Under the pieces are notes generated by a model. That model did no database searches and was not told the origin of the DNA. It was given only the letters and a program-made list of their open reading frames with translations. 64,000 nt of DNA from an uncultured bacterium (lineage in GTDB: Bacteria; Acidobacteriota; Aminicenantia; UBA2199): the NCBI GenBank assembly GCA_965603365.1, contig CBFDCR010000014.1:14183-78182 (forward strand), in the 5' to 3' direction. Shown piece by piece: positions 8,071 through 17,468 of this stretch (the stretch's first letter is position 1; each line of letters starts with the position of its first letter). Both the position numbers and the translations under genes were made by a program.

Positions 8071-8547
8071 TCATATTGATTGATCGATGAATTGAATGAA
8101 TCTCTCTATGTCTGCCCTATAGTTGTCTGCCAATTTCAGGGCCCGCGAGGCCACGATAGTGAATTTTTCGGGATCAATGTCCTGGCCATAACCGTGGCGA
8201 AAAAAATGCCGGAAGGTTCTCAATTCATTGCAATATTTAAAATTATCTTCATCAATGACGGCGGGTCGGATGTTTTCTATACTTAGCGTCATTTTCTCCA
8301 GTAGTGATCGGTGCCATTCGATTTCATCGATCGTATTTTCGAAGGTGAGGGCAATATCGGAAAAAATCCTTTCAAATCCGGTGTAGATTTGATTGACATA
8401 AAAGGCAGCTTCCACCAGATAAGCGTGGATCTGGGAGTCTTTATACTGATTATAAGAAAGCTCAAAGCTTTCAAACAAATGCTCAAGTTTTTCCATATCT
8501 TTCAAAATCTTACTCTTCAGGATAGCCAGTTTATTGTTCATAGACAA
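8071..8547 (-). CDS. HepT-like HEPN ribonuclease toxin
   Basis: 158 aa with an Rx4-6H-type motif (LRTFRHFFRHGYG). Overlaps the upstream MNT gene by 17 nt. Confidence 0.65.
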   Translation of the reverse strand: MSMNNKLAILKSKILKDMEKLEHLFESFELSYNQYKDSQIHAYLVEAAFYVNQIYTGFERIFSDIALTFENTIDEIEWHRSLLEKMTLSIENIRPAVIDEDNFKYCNELRTFRHFFRHGYGQDIDPEKFTIVASRALKLADNYRADIERFIQFIDQSI

Positions 8548-8932
8548 GTACTCCTGTTTTCAGGATCTCCTCTTTAAAGGGAATATCCTCTAAACGGCGC
8601 ACATCTACCTGCCGGCTGAAATGGCGGTCCACTTCGGCAAATAGATGAAGCAGGTCCAGGTAATCGATCTCCCCCTGCACGGCGATATCGATGTCCGAAC
8701 AGTTATGACCCCGGGCCCGGGCCATCGACCCGTAGAGGTAAATTCTGGAGATCCGATATTTTTCCCACAAAGGGACCAGACCCTGGAGGGTGTCAATGAT
8801 GTGCCGGGTTTCAGCCTGCCTCTTTTGCCGGGCCCGCCGCTCCTTTTCCTCCAAAAAGAGCTTGACCTTCTCGATATCGATATCCCTGACTTCCATCCCC
8901 TTTAGTATAGTATGAATTTCCTCCCCTGTCAA
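8531..8932 (-). CDS. MNT-type nucleotidyltransferase antitoxin
   Basis: Minimal nucleotidyltransferase motif YLYGSMARARGHNCSDIDIAV. The start is uncertain: TTG at 8932 or ATG at 8896. Confidence 0.7.
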   Translation of the reverse strand: MTGEEIHTILKGMEVRDIDIEKVKLFLEEKERRARQKRQAETRHIIDTLQGLVPLWEKYRISRIYLYGSMARARGHNCSDIDIAVQGEIDYLDLLHLFAEVDRHFSRQVDVRRLEDIPFKEEILKTGVLVYEQ

Positions 8933-9114
8933 CCAACAACCGACAGTTCCATCACTGTTCCGAGCAGCTAAATCGCGCCTCTGGGAGATGAAACGGATTA
9001 GGGGCCAAGCAAAGATTCTTAGCCTTTAAAATTTTGGGGGAACTCCTGTTTTGAGACTTATTCTTGACTTTTCGGTGGTCCTGGATTAAACTAAGGTCGA
9101 TTGAGGATAAGATA

Positions 9115-9342
9115 ATGATACAGGTCAACACCCATGAAGCAAGGGTCAATTTATCGGCACTCCTGTCTAAGGTGGAGAAGGAACAGGAAAAAATAAAAAT
9201 CTGTCGGAATGGCAAACCGGTGGCGCTGTTGGTGCCATTAGTGCCTCCGCCGGACCCTCTCAAGCAGCATGCAAAACTAATGGGGGTAAAAATTCATGAG
9301 GACCCCACCGCGCCCCTGGATGACGAAGACTGGCCCTGTTAG
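9115..9342 (+). CDS. Phd/YefM-family antitoxin (orphan)
   Basis: MIQVNTHEARVNLSALLSKVEKEQEKIKICRNGKPVALLVP is the typical Phd N-terminus. No toxin gene follows. The ATG at 9115 is preferred over the track start. Confidence 0.7.
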   Translation: MIQVNTHEARVNLSALLSKVEKEQEKIKICRNGKPVALLVPLVPPPDPLKQHAKLMGVKIHEDPTAPLDDEDWPC

Positions 9343-9346
9343 TGTG

Positions 9347-10261
9347 TTAAACGGATAATGTCTTCTCAAGTTTTTTGGTGGCTGCCAGTCGTTTGTTTTT
9401 ATCCATTCTTTTGATATTCAGAATTTTCCATTTCACCCCGGGGAGGTGAGAAAAATCCCCGAGCCCGAGTTTCTCCCATTCGGGATCTCCCCTTTTAACC
9501 GACAACAGGAACTCTTTTTCATCACCTGTTAAATCTTCTCTTAATCTCAATATCAGTTGCTCCCGTATCTCACACAAGCGATCTAAATCGATATTCTCTT
9601 TCACCATGCCAATAAATTCTCTGTTAAAAGTCAGACTGAAATCAATCTTATTGGGATTCAGTAATTCAGAAATCGGACGATTAGATTGAATGAGGTAAAC
9701 CAGGAATACTTTCCGTATCTCATCTGAAAATAAATCATTTCTAAACATCATGTGAATATCAAATAAATCTCTGGGATGCTGTCTATCAAGAGCCGCGCAG
9801 ATCTTCCCACCGAATAAATCGGCCGGCGAAAGAATTTGAGCTTCGGGATAGATATTAAAAATTTCGGCAATTCCTCTCTTAATCCTCATTGAAACAGGTT
9901 GCTTGACGCTTCCCCTCAACAATTCATTGGGTTCAATTTTTATTGGCCCCTGCATACTGAAAATATTCAATTTACCTACATTTGCATTTCTACCCCTACT
10001 CATATTCACGGAGTATTCAGGAAATCTTTTATTGATGTCTTCTTTTAAATTGGCCATCACTTCGTTCATTATTTGAAAAGATGCTTCTCTCGGCTTAATG
10101 GGAAGATAGCAAAGATCAATATCCACCGAAAGCCGTGGGGCTTCAAATACAAAAAAGTTTATAGCAGTTCCTCCTTTGATGGCAAAGTCTTTGTACCTAT
10201 TAAATAGAGGAAGTATCTTTAATAGAACGCCTACTTGATTGAGATACTTCCTGTCAAACAT
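9347..10261 (-). CDS. AbiEii/AbiGii nucleotidyltransferase toxin (type IV TA/abortive infection)
   Basis: FAIKGGTAINFFVFEAPRLSVDIDL motif, 304 aa. Overlaps the upstream AbiEi gene by 8 nt. AT-rich relative to its neighbours. Confidence 0.85.
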   Translation of the reverse strand: MFDRKYLNQVGVLLKILPLFNRYKDFAIKGGTAINFFVFEAPRLSVDIDLCYLPIKPREASFQIMNEVMANLKEDINKRFPEYSVNMSRGRNANVGKLNIFSMQGPIKIEPNELLRGSVKQPVSMRIKRGIAEIFNIYPEAQILSPADLFGGKICAALDRQHPRDLFDIHMMFRNDLFSDEIRKVFLVYLIQSNRPISELLNPNKIDFSLTFNREFIGMVKENIDLDRLCEIREQLILRLREDLTGDEKEFLLSVKRGDPEWEKLGLGDFSHLPGVKWKILNIKRMDKNKRLAATKKLEKTLSV

Positions 10262-11009
10262 GAAAACCTCGGGGGATGACCAGGTTATAGTTTTTTAGAT
10301 ACTTGCCGCCTTTCTCAACCGTAATGATTGAATGGCCTGAATTAAGTATCCCTGGATCGACTTCTTTTTTCCAGGGAGGATCAAAGAGATCGAAAAAGAA
10401 AAAGAAGATCCTTTTGGCCTTGAACGAAGCCTTAACGAGTATTTCGTTTATCAATTCAGGATTCAGGCTGTCCAGAATCTCAAAAAGCTGGGCCGTTTCA
10501 TCAAAACTTTCACCCCGACCGATAAGTTCAATCTGTTGGACAATTGCCAATTCTCTAGTGGCGATGAAAAAATCAAATTCCTTCGTATTGGGATTAAATA
10601 GAAGTTGTTTCCCCTTCCATTTTGAAGATTTGATGAAATGGATATCTTTTCCCCATTGAAGGTGCCTTACCCAGGAAGGCAGTGTGGTCTTACTATCTGA
10701 AAACATGTAGACTCTCTCTCTTTCGCGATAATACTGCCTGATTCCGGCCATCTCAAGGGCTGTTTTGGCACCGGCATGCAAATCGAGTGACATATCAATC
10801 TGGAGCGCGTGCAGTGTACCTTCAAGCGTTATTGGGGCGTCGGGAAATTTGAAAGCCCCGACACCAATTGACTCAATCCATCCGCTCTCTTTGTATTTCC
10901 TGGCCAGGGAAGAAGAGATGCCCAGGCGATTTAATTTTTGCGTAGTAATCGGCACCTCTTTATTTAGAAGCATCAATCTCTTGAGATTTTTTGTTCTCGA
11001 TGTACTCAT
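10254..11009 (-). CDS. AbiEi-family antitoxin/transcriptional regulator
   Basis: N-terminal LNRLGISSSLARKYKESGWIESIGVGAFKF pattern. The ATG at 11009 is preferred; the track start at 11024 is TTG. Confidence 0.8.
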   Translation of the reverse strand: MSTSRTKNLKRLMLLNKEVPITTQKLNRLGISSSLARKYKESGWIESIGVGAFKFPDAPITLEGTLHALQIDMSLDLHAGAKTALEMAGIRQYYRERERVYMFSDSKTTLPSWVRHLQWGKDIHFIKSSKWKGKQLLFNPNTKEFDFFIATRELAIVQQIELIGRGESFDETAQLFEILDSLNPELINEILVKASFKAKRIFFFFFDLFDPPWKKEVDPGILNSGHSIITVEKGGKYLKNYNLVIPRGFHV

Positions 11010-11132
11010 GGTACAATCATACAATATTTTTTAAAGTGTTTCAAGCAAATATTAAGGAGAAAGGGGGCGATTATTGAAATAGAAGCGCAGGGGGCGTTGG
11101 GGGAAACGCCCCTTGCGTTTATGTTGTGTGGT

Positions 11133-14100
11133 TTAGGGGTTGGCTTTTTTGGGGATCTTGATTTTGGAGAAGTAGGAGTAGAGGATGGGCACGATGAAGA
11201 GGGTGAGGAAGGTGGAGGCAAACAGGCCGCCGATCAGGGCGATGGCCATGGGGGAGCGCATCTCCGAACCCTCGGTGGCCGATAGGGCCATGGGCAGCAT
11301 ACCGCAGATGGTGGACAGGGCAGTGATGAGAATGGGCCGCAGCCGGACCACGGCGCCATCTACCAGGGCCTCGTATTTATCCTTACCCCGGCCGATCAAC
11401 TGGTTGATATAATCCACCATGACGATGCCGTTGTTGACCACGATACCCCCCAGCATGATAAAGCCCATGATGGCCGGCAGGCTGACATTTTTACCGGTGG
11501 CAGCCAGGAGTATCGCCGTGCCGATAAAGGCAAGGGGGAAGGTAAACATGATGATGAAGGGGTATTTTAAACTCTCAAACTGGGAAGCCATGACCGCATA
11601 GACCAGGACTATGGCCAGCAGCAGGGCAAACAACATGGTGGTAAACGACTCCATCATCTCTTTGTACTGGCCGCCCATCTCGTAAAAATAACCCTCCGGC
11701 AGGTTGTCGGTAATTTCTTTCGATTTCGCCATGATTTCCTCGACAATACTGCCCAGATCCCGATCCACGTAGTTGGCGGTCACGCTGACCTTGCGTACCT
11801 GGTTTTCCCGGTCGATCTTCACCGCGCCGAAGGACTCTTTAAAATCCACCACCTGGGACAGGTAGACTTTGGCACCGGTGGGGGTCATCAGGGGGAGTTT
11901 CTTGAGCGCTTCCAGGGTATCCCGGTCCTTTTCCATGAGCCGTACCCGGATGTTACGCTCTTCACCTTCCAGCATCATGCGGGAAACCACGGTACCGATG
12001 GTAAAGGTCTGGACCTGCCGGGAAATGTCATAGGGCGTCAGTCCCAATTTGGATGCCTCTTCCTTCTTGATCTTCAACTGGATCTCCGGTTTTCTCTTTT
12101 CTAAGGTAATCTCCACATCCCGGATGCCTTCGATAGCGGAAATTTTCTCCTTCACCTCTTCGGCGATGGTTTCCAGCCTATCCAGCTCCCGGCCAAAGAA
12201 ACTGAATTCAATGGGGCTGGAAATCGAGCTTCCCATAGAGGCAGAGGCAATATCGATAAACTGCACTTTGCCCTTTTGCAAATCCGGGAAATACTGGCGC
12301 CAATGTTCGATGATTTGTTTATCGGAGATATCCCGCTGGCTGCTGGTGGTCAGATAAGACCAGAGGGTGGCCTCATAGGAGCCACCGGGGTTAAAGCCGG
12401 AGGCCGAATCCTGGGCATTCTCCTGGCTTAAGCCAACAGACACCATGGTGGAAATCACATTGGAGTCCTTTAACGCTTGCTCTTCCATATATTTGATAAT
12501 GCGGTTGGTCTCCTCTAAATTGGTGCCCACCGGCATAGAAAGCTTCAGAAAAATCATGGAGCGATCCACATCGGGCATGAACTCGGTGCCCATCATGGCG
12601 GACAGGACAATGGCAACGACGAAGATCACCAATACCGCCAACAAAACCAGTTTCCTTCTCCTGAGCGCCCCTTGCAGGTACTTTTCATACAGGTTCCTGA
12701 ATTTTACGAATTTATCTTTTCCCAACCTTAGCCTGGAGGCATTGCTGTCGGTTTTGGTTTTAAACAGACGGGCGGCCAGCATGGGGATAATGGTGAGAGC
12801 CACAAACAGGGAGGAGAGCAGGGAGAAGGAGACGGCCAAAGCCATTCCCCTGGACATGTCGCCGGCAATGCCTCCGGCAAACATCATGGGAAAAAACACG
12901 GCAATGGTCGTCAGGGTAGAGGCGATGATGGCGGTACCCACCTCGGAGGTGCCCAGCATGGCGGCCTCAGTCGAGGACTTACCCTCTTCCAGGTGCCGGA
13001 AGATATTCTCGATCACCACCACCGCATTGTCCACCAACATACCGACCCCTAAGGCCAGCCCCCCTAAGGTTACCAGGTTGAGGGTGTAATCGGCCAGGTA
13101 GAGGGCGATAAAGGTGGTGACCACCGATAAGGGAATGGCAATACCGATGGCTAAGGTGGGCCGGAGATTTCTCAAAAACAGCAAGATGAGCAGCATGGCC
13201 AGGATACCGCCTACCAGGATATTGTTGGCGCTCTTGTTGGCCATGATCTCGATGATGCGGGAGAAATCCATGGCTACGGTGAAATTCAGATCCGGATCCA
13301 GGGTGGGCCGGATCATCTCTAAGGCCTTCTTTACCTCCCGGGCCACCAGTACGGTGTTGGCACCGGAACTCTTGGTAATGACCAGACCGACGCCTTTGGT
13401 GCCCTCGATCCGCACCAGGTTTCGAATCTCTTTGGAGGCCTCCTTCACATCGGCGATATCTCTTAAAAATATGGGTTCACCCCGGCGTCCCACACCCACG
13501 ACTACCTCTTTGATCTCCCCAACCTTCTTGAACTCGCCGATGGTCCTGATCAGGTACTCCTTGTGCCGTTCATCCAGGTAACCGGAGGGCAGGTTGATGT
13601 TGGAGGTCTGAATGGCCCCCTCCACCTGGGAGATGGATATACCGCGAGATTCCAGCTTGCCTTTATCTACATTGACCAGTATCTCCGCCTCTTCGGAGGT
13701 GAAGACGATGGCCGAGGCCACACCTTCGAGTCTTTCCAACCGGGTGGCCACCTCGTTGTCGATGTAATCCTTCAGGCTCTTCAAGTCCCGCTTACCGCCG
13801 GTGATGCCGTACATCATGATGGGCATGTCGGCAAAGTTGAATTTCACCACCAACGACTGATCGGCCCCTTCGGGCAGGAATTGCTCAAACACCCCGATCT
13901 TGTCCCGTACATCCTGGGCGGCAAAGTCGAGGTTGGTGCCGGATTCGAACTCCACCATGATGATCGATATACCCTCCTGGGAGATGGACTTCAGTTCCTT
14001 CACGTTGGAAACGGTGGAGATCCACTGCTCCAGCGGGCGGGTGAGGGTCTCCTCGATATCCTCCGAAGAGACACCGGAATAGGCGGTAATGACCGAAATA

Positions 14101-14231
14101 TAAGGCAAATCGACATCGGGCATCATATCCAATCCCAATTTGCCGAAGGAGATAAAGCCGAAGATCACGATTACCGCCACCACCATGCCTACCGTGACCC
14201 GTCTCTTTAGCGAAAATTCAACGATCTTCAT
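11133..14231 (-). CDS. RND efflux transporter permease (AcrB/HAE1-type)
   Basis: 1032 aa with 12-TM architecture and two large periplasmic loops. Typical N-terminus (FSLKRRVTVGMVVAVIVIFG). Co-oriented with the MFP and OMF genes. Confidence 0.9.
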   Translation of the reverse strand: MKIVEFSLKRRVTVGMVVAVIVIFGFISFGKLGLDMMPDVDLPYISVITAYSGVSSEDIEETLTRPLEQWISTVSNVKELKSISQEGISIIMVEFESGTNLDFAAQDVRDKIGVFEQFLPEGADQSLVVKFNFADMPIMMYGITGGKRDLKSLKDYIDNEVATRLERLEGVASAIVFTSEEAEILVNVDKGKLESRGISISQVEGAIQTSNINLPSGYLDERHKEYLIRTIGEFKKVGEIKEVVVGVGRRGEPIFLRDIADVKEASKEIRNLVRIEGTKGVGLVITKSSGANTVLVAREVKKALEMIRPTLDPDLNFTVAMDFSRIIEIMANKSANNILVGGILAMLLILLFLRNLRPTLAIGIAIPLSVVTTFIALYLADYTLNLVTLGGLALGVGMLVDNAVVVIENIFRHLEEGKSSTEAAMLGTSEVGTAIIASTLTTIAVFFPMMFAGGIAGDMSRGMALAVSFSLLSSLFVALTIIPMLAARLFKTKTDSNASRLRLGKDKFVKFRNLYEKYLQGALRRRKLVLLAVLVIFVVAIVLSAMMGTEFMPDVDRSMIFLKLSMPVGTNLEETNRIIKYMEEQALKDSNVISTMVSVGLSQENAQDSASGFNPGGSYEATLWSYLTTSSQRDISDKQIIEHWRQYFPDLQKGKVQFIDIASASMGSSISSPIEFSFFGRELDRLETIAEEVKEKISAIEGIRDVEITLEKRKPEIQLKIKKEEASKLGLTPYDISRQVQTFTIGTVVSRMMLEGEERNIRVRLMEKDRDTLEALKKLPLMTPTGAKVYLSQVVDFKESFGAVKIDRENQVRKVSVTANYVDRDLGSIVEEIMAKSKEITDNLPEGYFYEMGGQYKEMMESFTTMLFALLLAIVLVYAVMASQFESLKYPFIIMFTFPLAFIGTAILLAATGKNVSLPAIMGFIMLGGIVVNNGIVMVDYINQLIGRGKDKYEALVDGAVVRLRPILITALSTICGMLPMALSATEGSEMRSPMAIALIGGLFASTFLTLFIVPILYSYFSKIKIPKKANP

Positions 14232-15312
14232 TGGCGTTCTCCTCCACGGCGATCAATGATCCCTCTCTCAAGTCGTAATTACCTTCCATTACTACGGGTG
14301 TGCCTTCGGACAGACCGGATACGACTTCAAACTCACTCTCATTGCGGTCACCGACTTCCACGGTCACCCACTTAGCCTTGCCGTTGTCGTAGACTACCAC
14401 CTGGTTTTCACCGGTTAAGGCCGAAAGGGGCAGTATGAGCGTATCCTCCTTACGGGCAAACTCAATCGATACTTCGGCAAAGATGCCGGCCTTGATTTTA
14501 ATCCCCGGATTTTTCACCTTGACTTCGACCTGGAAGGTTTTAGAAATCAAATCCGCGGCCAGGTTTTTCGTATACACTTCGCCGCTAAACTCCTCGTCGG
14601 ACAACGAGGAGATCCGAACCAAACAGGGCTGGCCCACCTGGACTTTTTCGATATCCTCGGCCGGGATATTCAGGATGATCTTCACCTGAGTCAAATCCAT
14701 TAAGGTCAGCACCCCGCTGCTCATCCCCATCATGGGATTGATGGTGTCCCCCTCTTCGTGGTTCTTAGACGTAATGATACCGTCAAAAGGGGCCCGCATG
14801 TAGGAGTTTCCCAGGGTGTGTTTGATCACGTTCAGGTTGGCTTCGGCGCTCTTATTCTGGGTCTCCACCACCTCGAGGGCCAACTGGGTTTTCTCATACT
14901 GCATCCGGGAAACCGCCTTCTTTTCATACAGGCTGGCGATGCGGTTAAAATTCAGTTCCGCATCCTTGTACGAAGCCAGGGCCACGGCCAGCGCGGCCTC
15001 TGCCTGCTTCTTTTGCAGGTTCATATTGGTGGTATCCAGTTCCGCCAACAGCTCGTCCTTCTTGACCCGGTCCCCCTGTTTTTTATAAATCTTCCAGATC
15101 CGGCCCGATATATCGGGACCGATATTGGCCCTCTGCCAGGGGTGAACCGTGCCTTTATAGGTCAATGTCCGGGTAAATATATCCCTCTTCACTTTGGCGA
15201 CCTTGACATGGATCGGTTTCTTTTCCAGGTTGTACTGCTGGTCGTTCCCCTTGCGACATCCGACCCAACCGACAATCATCACTGAAAACACAATTAAAAC
15301 GAATCTTTTCAT
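14218..15312 (-). CDS. RND periplasmic adaptor (MFP) subunit
   Basis: 364 aa. Lipoprotein-like signal (VGWVGC), coiled-coil hairpin, and barrel-sandwich motifs (RAPFDGIITS). Confidence 0.85.
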   Translation of the reverse strand: MKRFVLIVFSVMIVGWVGCRKGNDQQYNLEKKPIHVKVAKVKRDIFTRTLTYKGTVHPWQRANIGPDISGRIWKIYKKQGDRVKKDELLAELDTTNMNLQKKQAEAALAVALASYKDAELNFNRIASLYEKKAVSRMQYEKTQLALEVVETQNKSAEANLNVIKHTLGNSYMRAPFDGIITSKNHEEGDTINPMMGMSSGVLTLMDLTQVKIILNIPAEDIEKVQVGQPCLVRISSLSDEEFSGEVYTKNLAADLISKTFQVEVKVKNPGIKIKAGIFAEVSIEFARKEDTLILPLSALTGENQVVVYDNGKAKWVTVEVGDRNESEFEVVSGLSEGTPVVMEGNYDLREGSLIAVEENANEDR

Positions 15313-16634
15313 CTTTGTCCTCCGTTTATTTGAACACCTGAGATCTTCTCTAATCCCGCCAGGGCGATGGAATAATTGTAGACCGCCTGCAGGTAGGCGA
15401 CCTTTGCCTGGGTGAGTTCGTTATACGAGGCATTCAATTCCAGGATGGAGATCATGCCCTCTTGATAATTGAGTTCGGCAATCCGCACCCCCTCCTGGGC
15501 GGTCTCGGTATTCTTTTCCCCGGTCAGGATATTCTCATACTCCTGGCCTATAGTCAATACCAGGTTCTGCACCTGCAGCCGGGTGGCATCGTCCAACTCC
15601 TTAGCCCTCAATTTCATCATCTTCTTCATCACCCGCAGCTCCCCCACCTGGCCACTGCGCTTCAGACCCGTAAAAATCGGGAAACTGATACCCAGGTTGA
15701 TGGTGTAAAAATCCTCCCAGTTATCCTTACGCAGCTTTAACAGATCTGAACGGTAGCTGTAACTGGCAATGATGGAGAAATCGGGCACGAATTGGGCATA
15801 GGCGATCTTGAGTAAATTATTCACCTTCTTCGCTTCCATCTCCATCTGTTTGATTTCAGAACGATTTTGCAAGGCCCTCTGGATGAATTCAGACACCTCC
15901 AGTTCATGCCGGTCATAACTCAGTTTCCCCTGGATGTTTAGCTCGGTACTCTCGGGCAGCGCCAGCATGATCTTCAAATTGAACAGCGACAGTTCCAGCA
16001 TCTTGCGGGCATTGAGAATATTGGGCTTAATCGCGGATGCAGTCAACTCCGCCCGCAGCAGGTCGTATTGGGACACCATGCCCAGTTCAAACCGCTCTTT
16101 GACATTCTTATAATTATTCTCTGCCAGGTCCAGGACCTCCTGGTGGGCCTTGAGCAGCTCCTCCAGCACCAGGATATTGTTGAACACCTTCTTGACATTC
16201 AGGGTCACCTCATCCCGGGTATTCCGCTCCTTCTCCCGGGAAATCTTGAGATCCAGCCGGGCATTCCGGAAGGCGTGCCATATCTTGCCGCCGGTAAATA
16301 CCGGCTGCACGATCTGCAAGGTGAATTCGTAATCTTTGGTAAAATCGAGGGTGATGCGCTGCGGCTCGCCGCCGGGAACCATGGGGGGCATCTCCAGGAC
16401 CATCAACTTTTCATCCAGATTTTTACTCCCCCCCAGGGTCACCTGGGGCAAGAAGCCCATGTTCTGCATTACGCGGTATTTAGATTGCTTTACCCCCTGC
16501 TGGCTGATCAGGTAGTTGTTGTTGTTTTGCAGTGCCAGCGAGATGGCCTGGTCCAATGTGAGATCCATCTTCTCTTGAGGGTAGGCAAATTGACATAACC
16601 CAGTGATCAAAACGATGATCCAAAACTTTTTCAT
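15309..16634 (-). CDS. TolC-family outer-membrane efflux protein
   Basis: Signal peptide plus two OEP repeats. The ATG at 16634 (MKKFWIIVL) has GGAGG 5 nt upstream; the track start at 16646 is TTG. Confidence 0.85.
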   Translation of the reverse strand: MKKFWIIVLITGLCQFAYPQEKMDLTLDQAISLALQNNNNYLISQQGVKQSKYRVMQNMGFLPQVTLGGSKNLDEKLMVLEMPPMVPGGEPQRITLDFTKDYEFTLQIVQPVFTGGKIWHAFRNARLDLKISREKERNTRDEVTLNVKKVFNNILVLEELLKAHQEVLDLAENNYKNVKERFELGMVSQYDLLRAELTASAIKPNILNARKMLELSLFNLKIMLALPESTELNIQGKLSYDRHELEVSEFIQRALQNRSEIKQMEMEAKKVNNLLKIAYAQFVPDFSIIASYSYRSDLLKLRKDNWEDFYTINLGISFPIFTGLKRSGQVGELRVMKKMMKLRAKELDDATRLQVQNLVLTIGQEYENILTGEKNTETAQEGVRIAELNYQEGMISILELNASYNELTQAKVAYLQAVYNYSIALAGLEKISGVQINGGQR

Positions 16635-16676
16635 GTGTGCCTCCAAGAGTATATCTTTTCCAAAAACATATTCAAT

Positions 16677-17297
16677 TTATCCTCCTGTTGAATCCTTAAA
16701 AATGCCATCCGTTAAGATTCCCATGATGCTGTCGGTAAAAAATTCTAGATCGAAGCCGGCCGACTGCTCCTCGCTCATGATATGGCCCAGGGCGTACTCG
16801 CCGATGATGCCGGTCACAAAATAGGCCATCATTTCAACCGGGATATCGCTGCGTATGCACCCCTCTTGCCGACCGGTTTCGATAAAATCCTTCATGACCT
16901 TCACCCGCTCTTTTTTTCTCTCCATGAGACGCTTAAATACCCCGGAATCCTCCTTTTCGAAGGCTTCAAAAAACATGCGGGATTCGTAGAAGACAATCTT
17001 CAAGATGCCCCTGTTGGCGCTGATATGATCGAGCAGCGTGGCGATCAGGCTCTTTAATCTCTGGGGGAACGGTTTTTTTTCCGTTAGAATCGGTTTGATG
17101 AGTTCATTGATTTCGCTGTTGGAGGCATCCACGACAGCCCGGAAGATGTCGTCCTTGCCGGAAAAATAGTTGTAGAGGGTGGGCTTGGATACAGCGGCGG
17201 CCGCGGCAATCTCCTCGATGGTGGTGGCGCTGTAGCCCTTCTGGCCGAAGATGGTCCTGGCTTTTTCAATAATAAAATTCCGTACAGCCTCTTTCAA
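16677..17297 (-). CDS. TetR/AcrR-family transcriptional regulator
   Basis: TetR HTH (GYSATTIEEIAAAAAVSKPTLYNYFSGKDDIF). TTG start with GGAGGT 8 nt upstream. Lies upstream of the RND operon. Confidence 0.85.
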   Translation of the reverse strand: MKEAVRNFIIEKARTIFGQKGYSATTIEEIAAAAAVSKPTLYNYFSGKDDIFRAVVDASNSEINELIKPILTEKKPFPQRLKSLIATLLDHISANRGILKIVFYESRMFFEAFEKEDSGVFKRLMERKKERVKVMKDFIETGRQEGCIRSDIPVEMMAYFVTGIIGEYALGHIMSEEQSAGFDLEFFTDSIMGILTDGIFKDSTGG

Positions 17298-17312
17298 TTT
17301 TCCTTACCTCCG

Positions 17313-17327
17313 GTTAAATTGTTTAAC
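17313..17327. promoter_or_regulatory. candidate TetR operator palindrome
   Basis: GTTAAA-TTG-TTTAAC is a perfect 15-bp dyad immediately upstream of the tetR ribosome-binding site. Confidence 0.45.
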
Positions 17328-17414
17328 TGGCGGTTAATTATACTTAATACGGGTAAACCTGTCAATAGTTTCAAAAAAAATTTGTTAACATAAAAAATTT
17401 TTTGAAACTAAAGC

Positions 17415-17443
17415 TTGACTTATCGCTTCCGTTTTTTTATATT
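17415..17443 (+). promoter_or_regulatory. sigma70-type promoter for the 17469 gene
   Basis: TTGACT (17415-17420), 17-nt spacer, TATATT (17438-17443). Confidence 0.6.
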
Positions 17444-17468
17444 GAGTCTTAAAAAGGAGGTTATTATC

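Noticed and set aside
11185-14210. Series of plus-strand ORFs (for example 12445-13089 and 13563-14210) inside the RND permease gene
   Set aside because: They are nested antisense to a 1032-aa AcrB-type gene. Their compositions are typical of reverse-frame translation (Ser/Met/Arg-rich).
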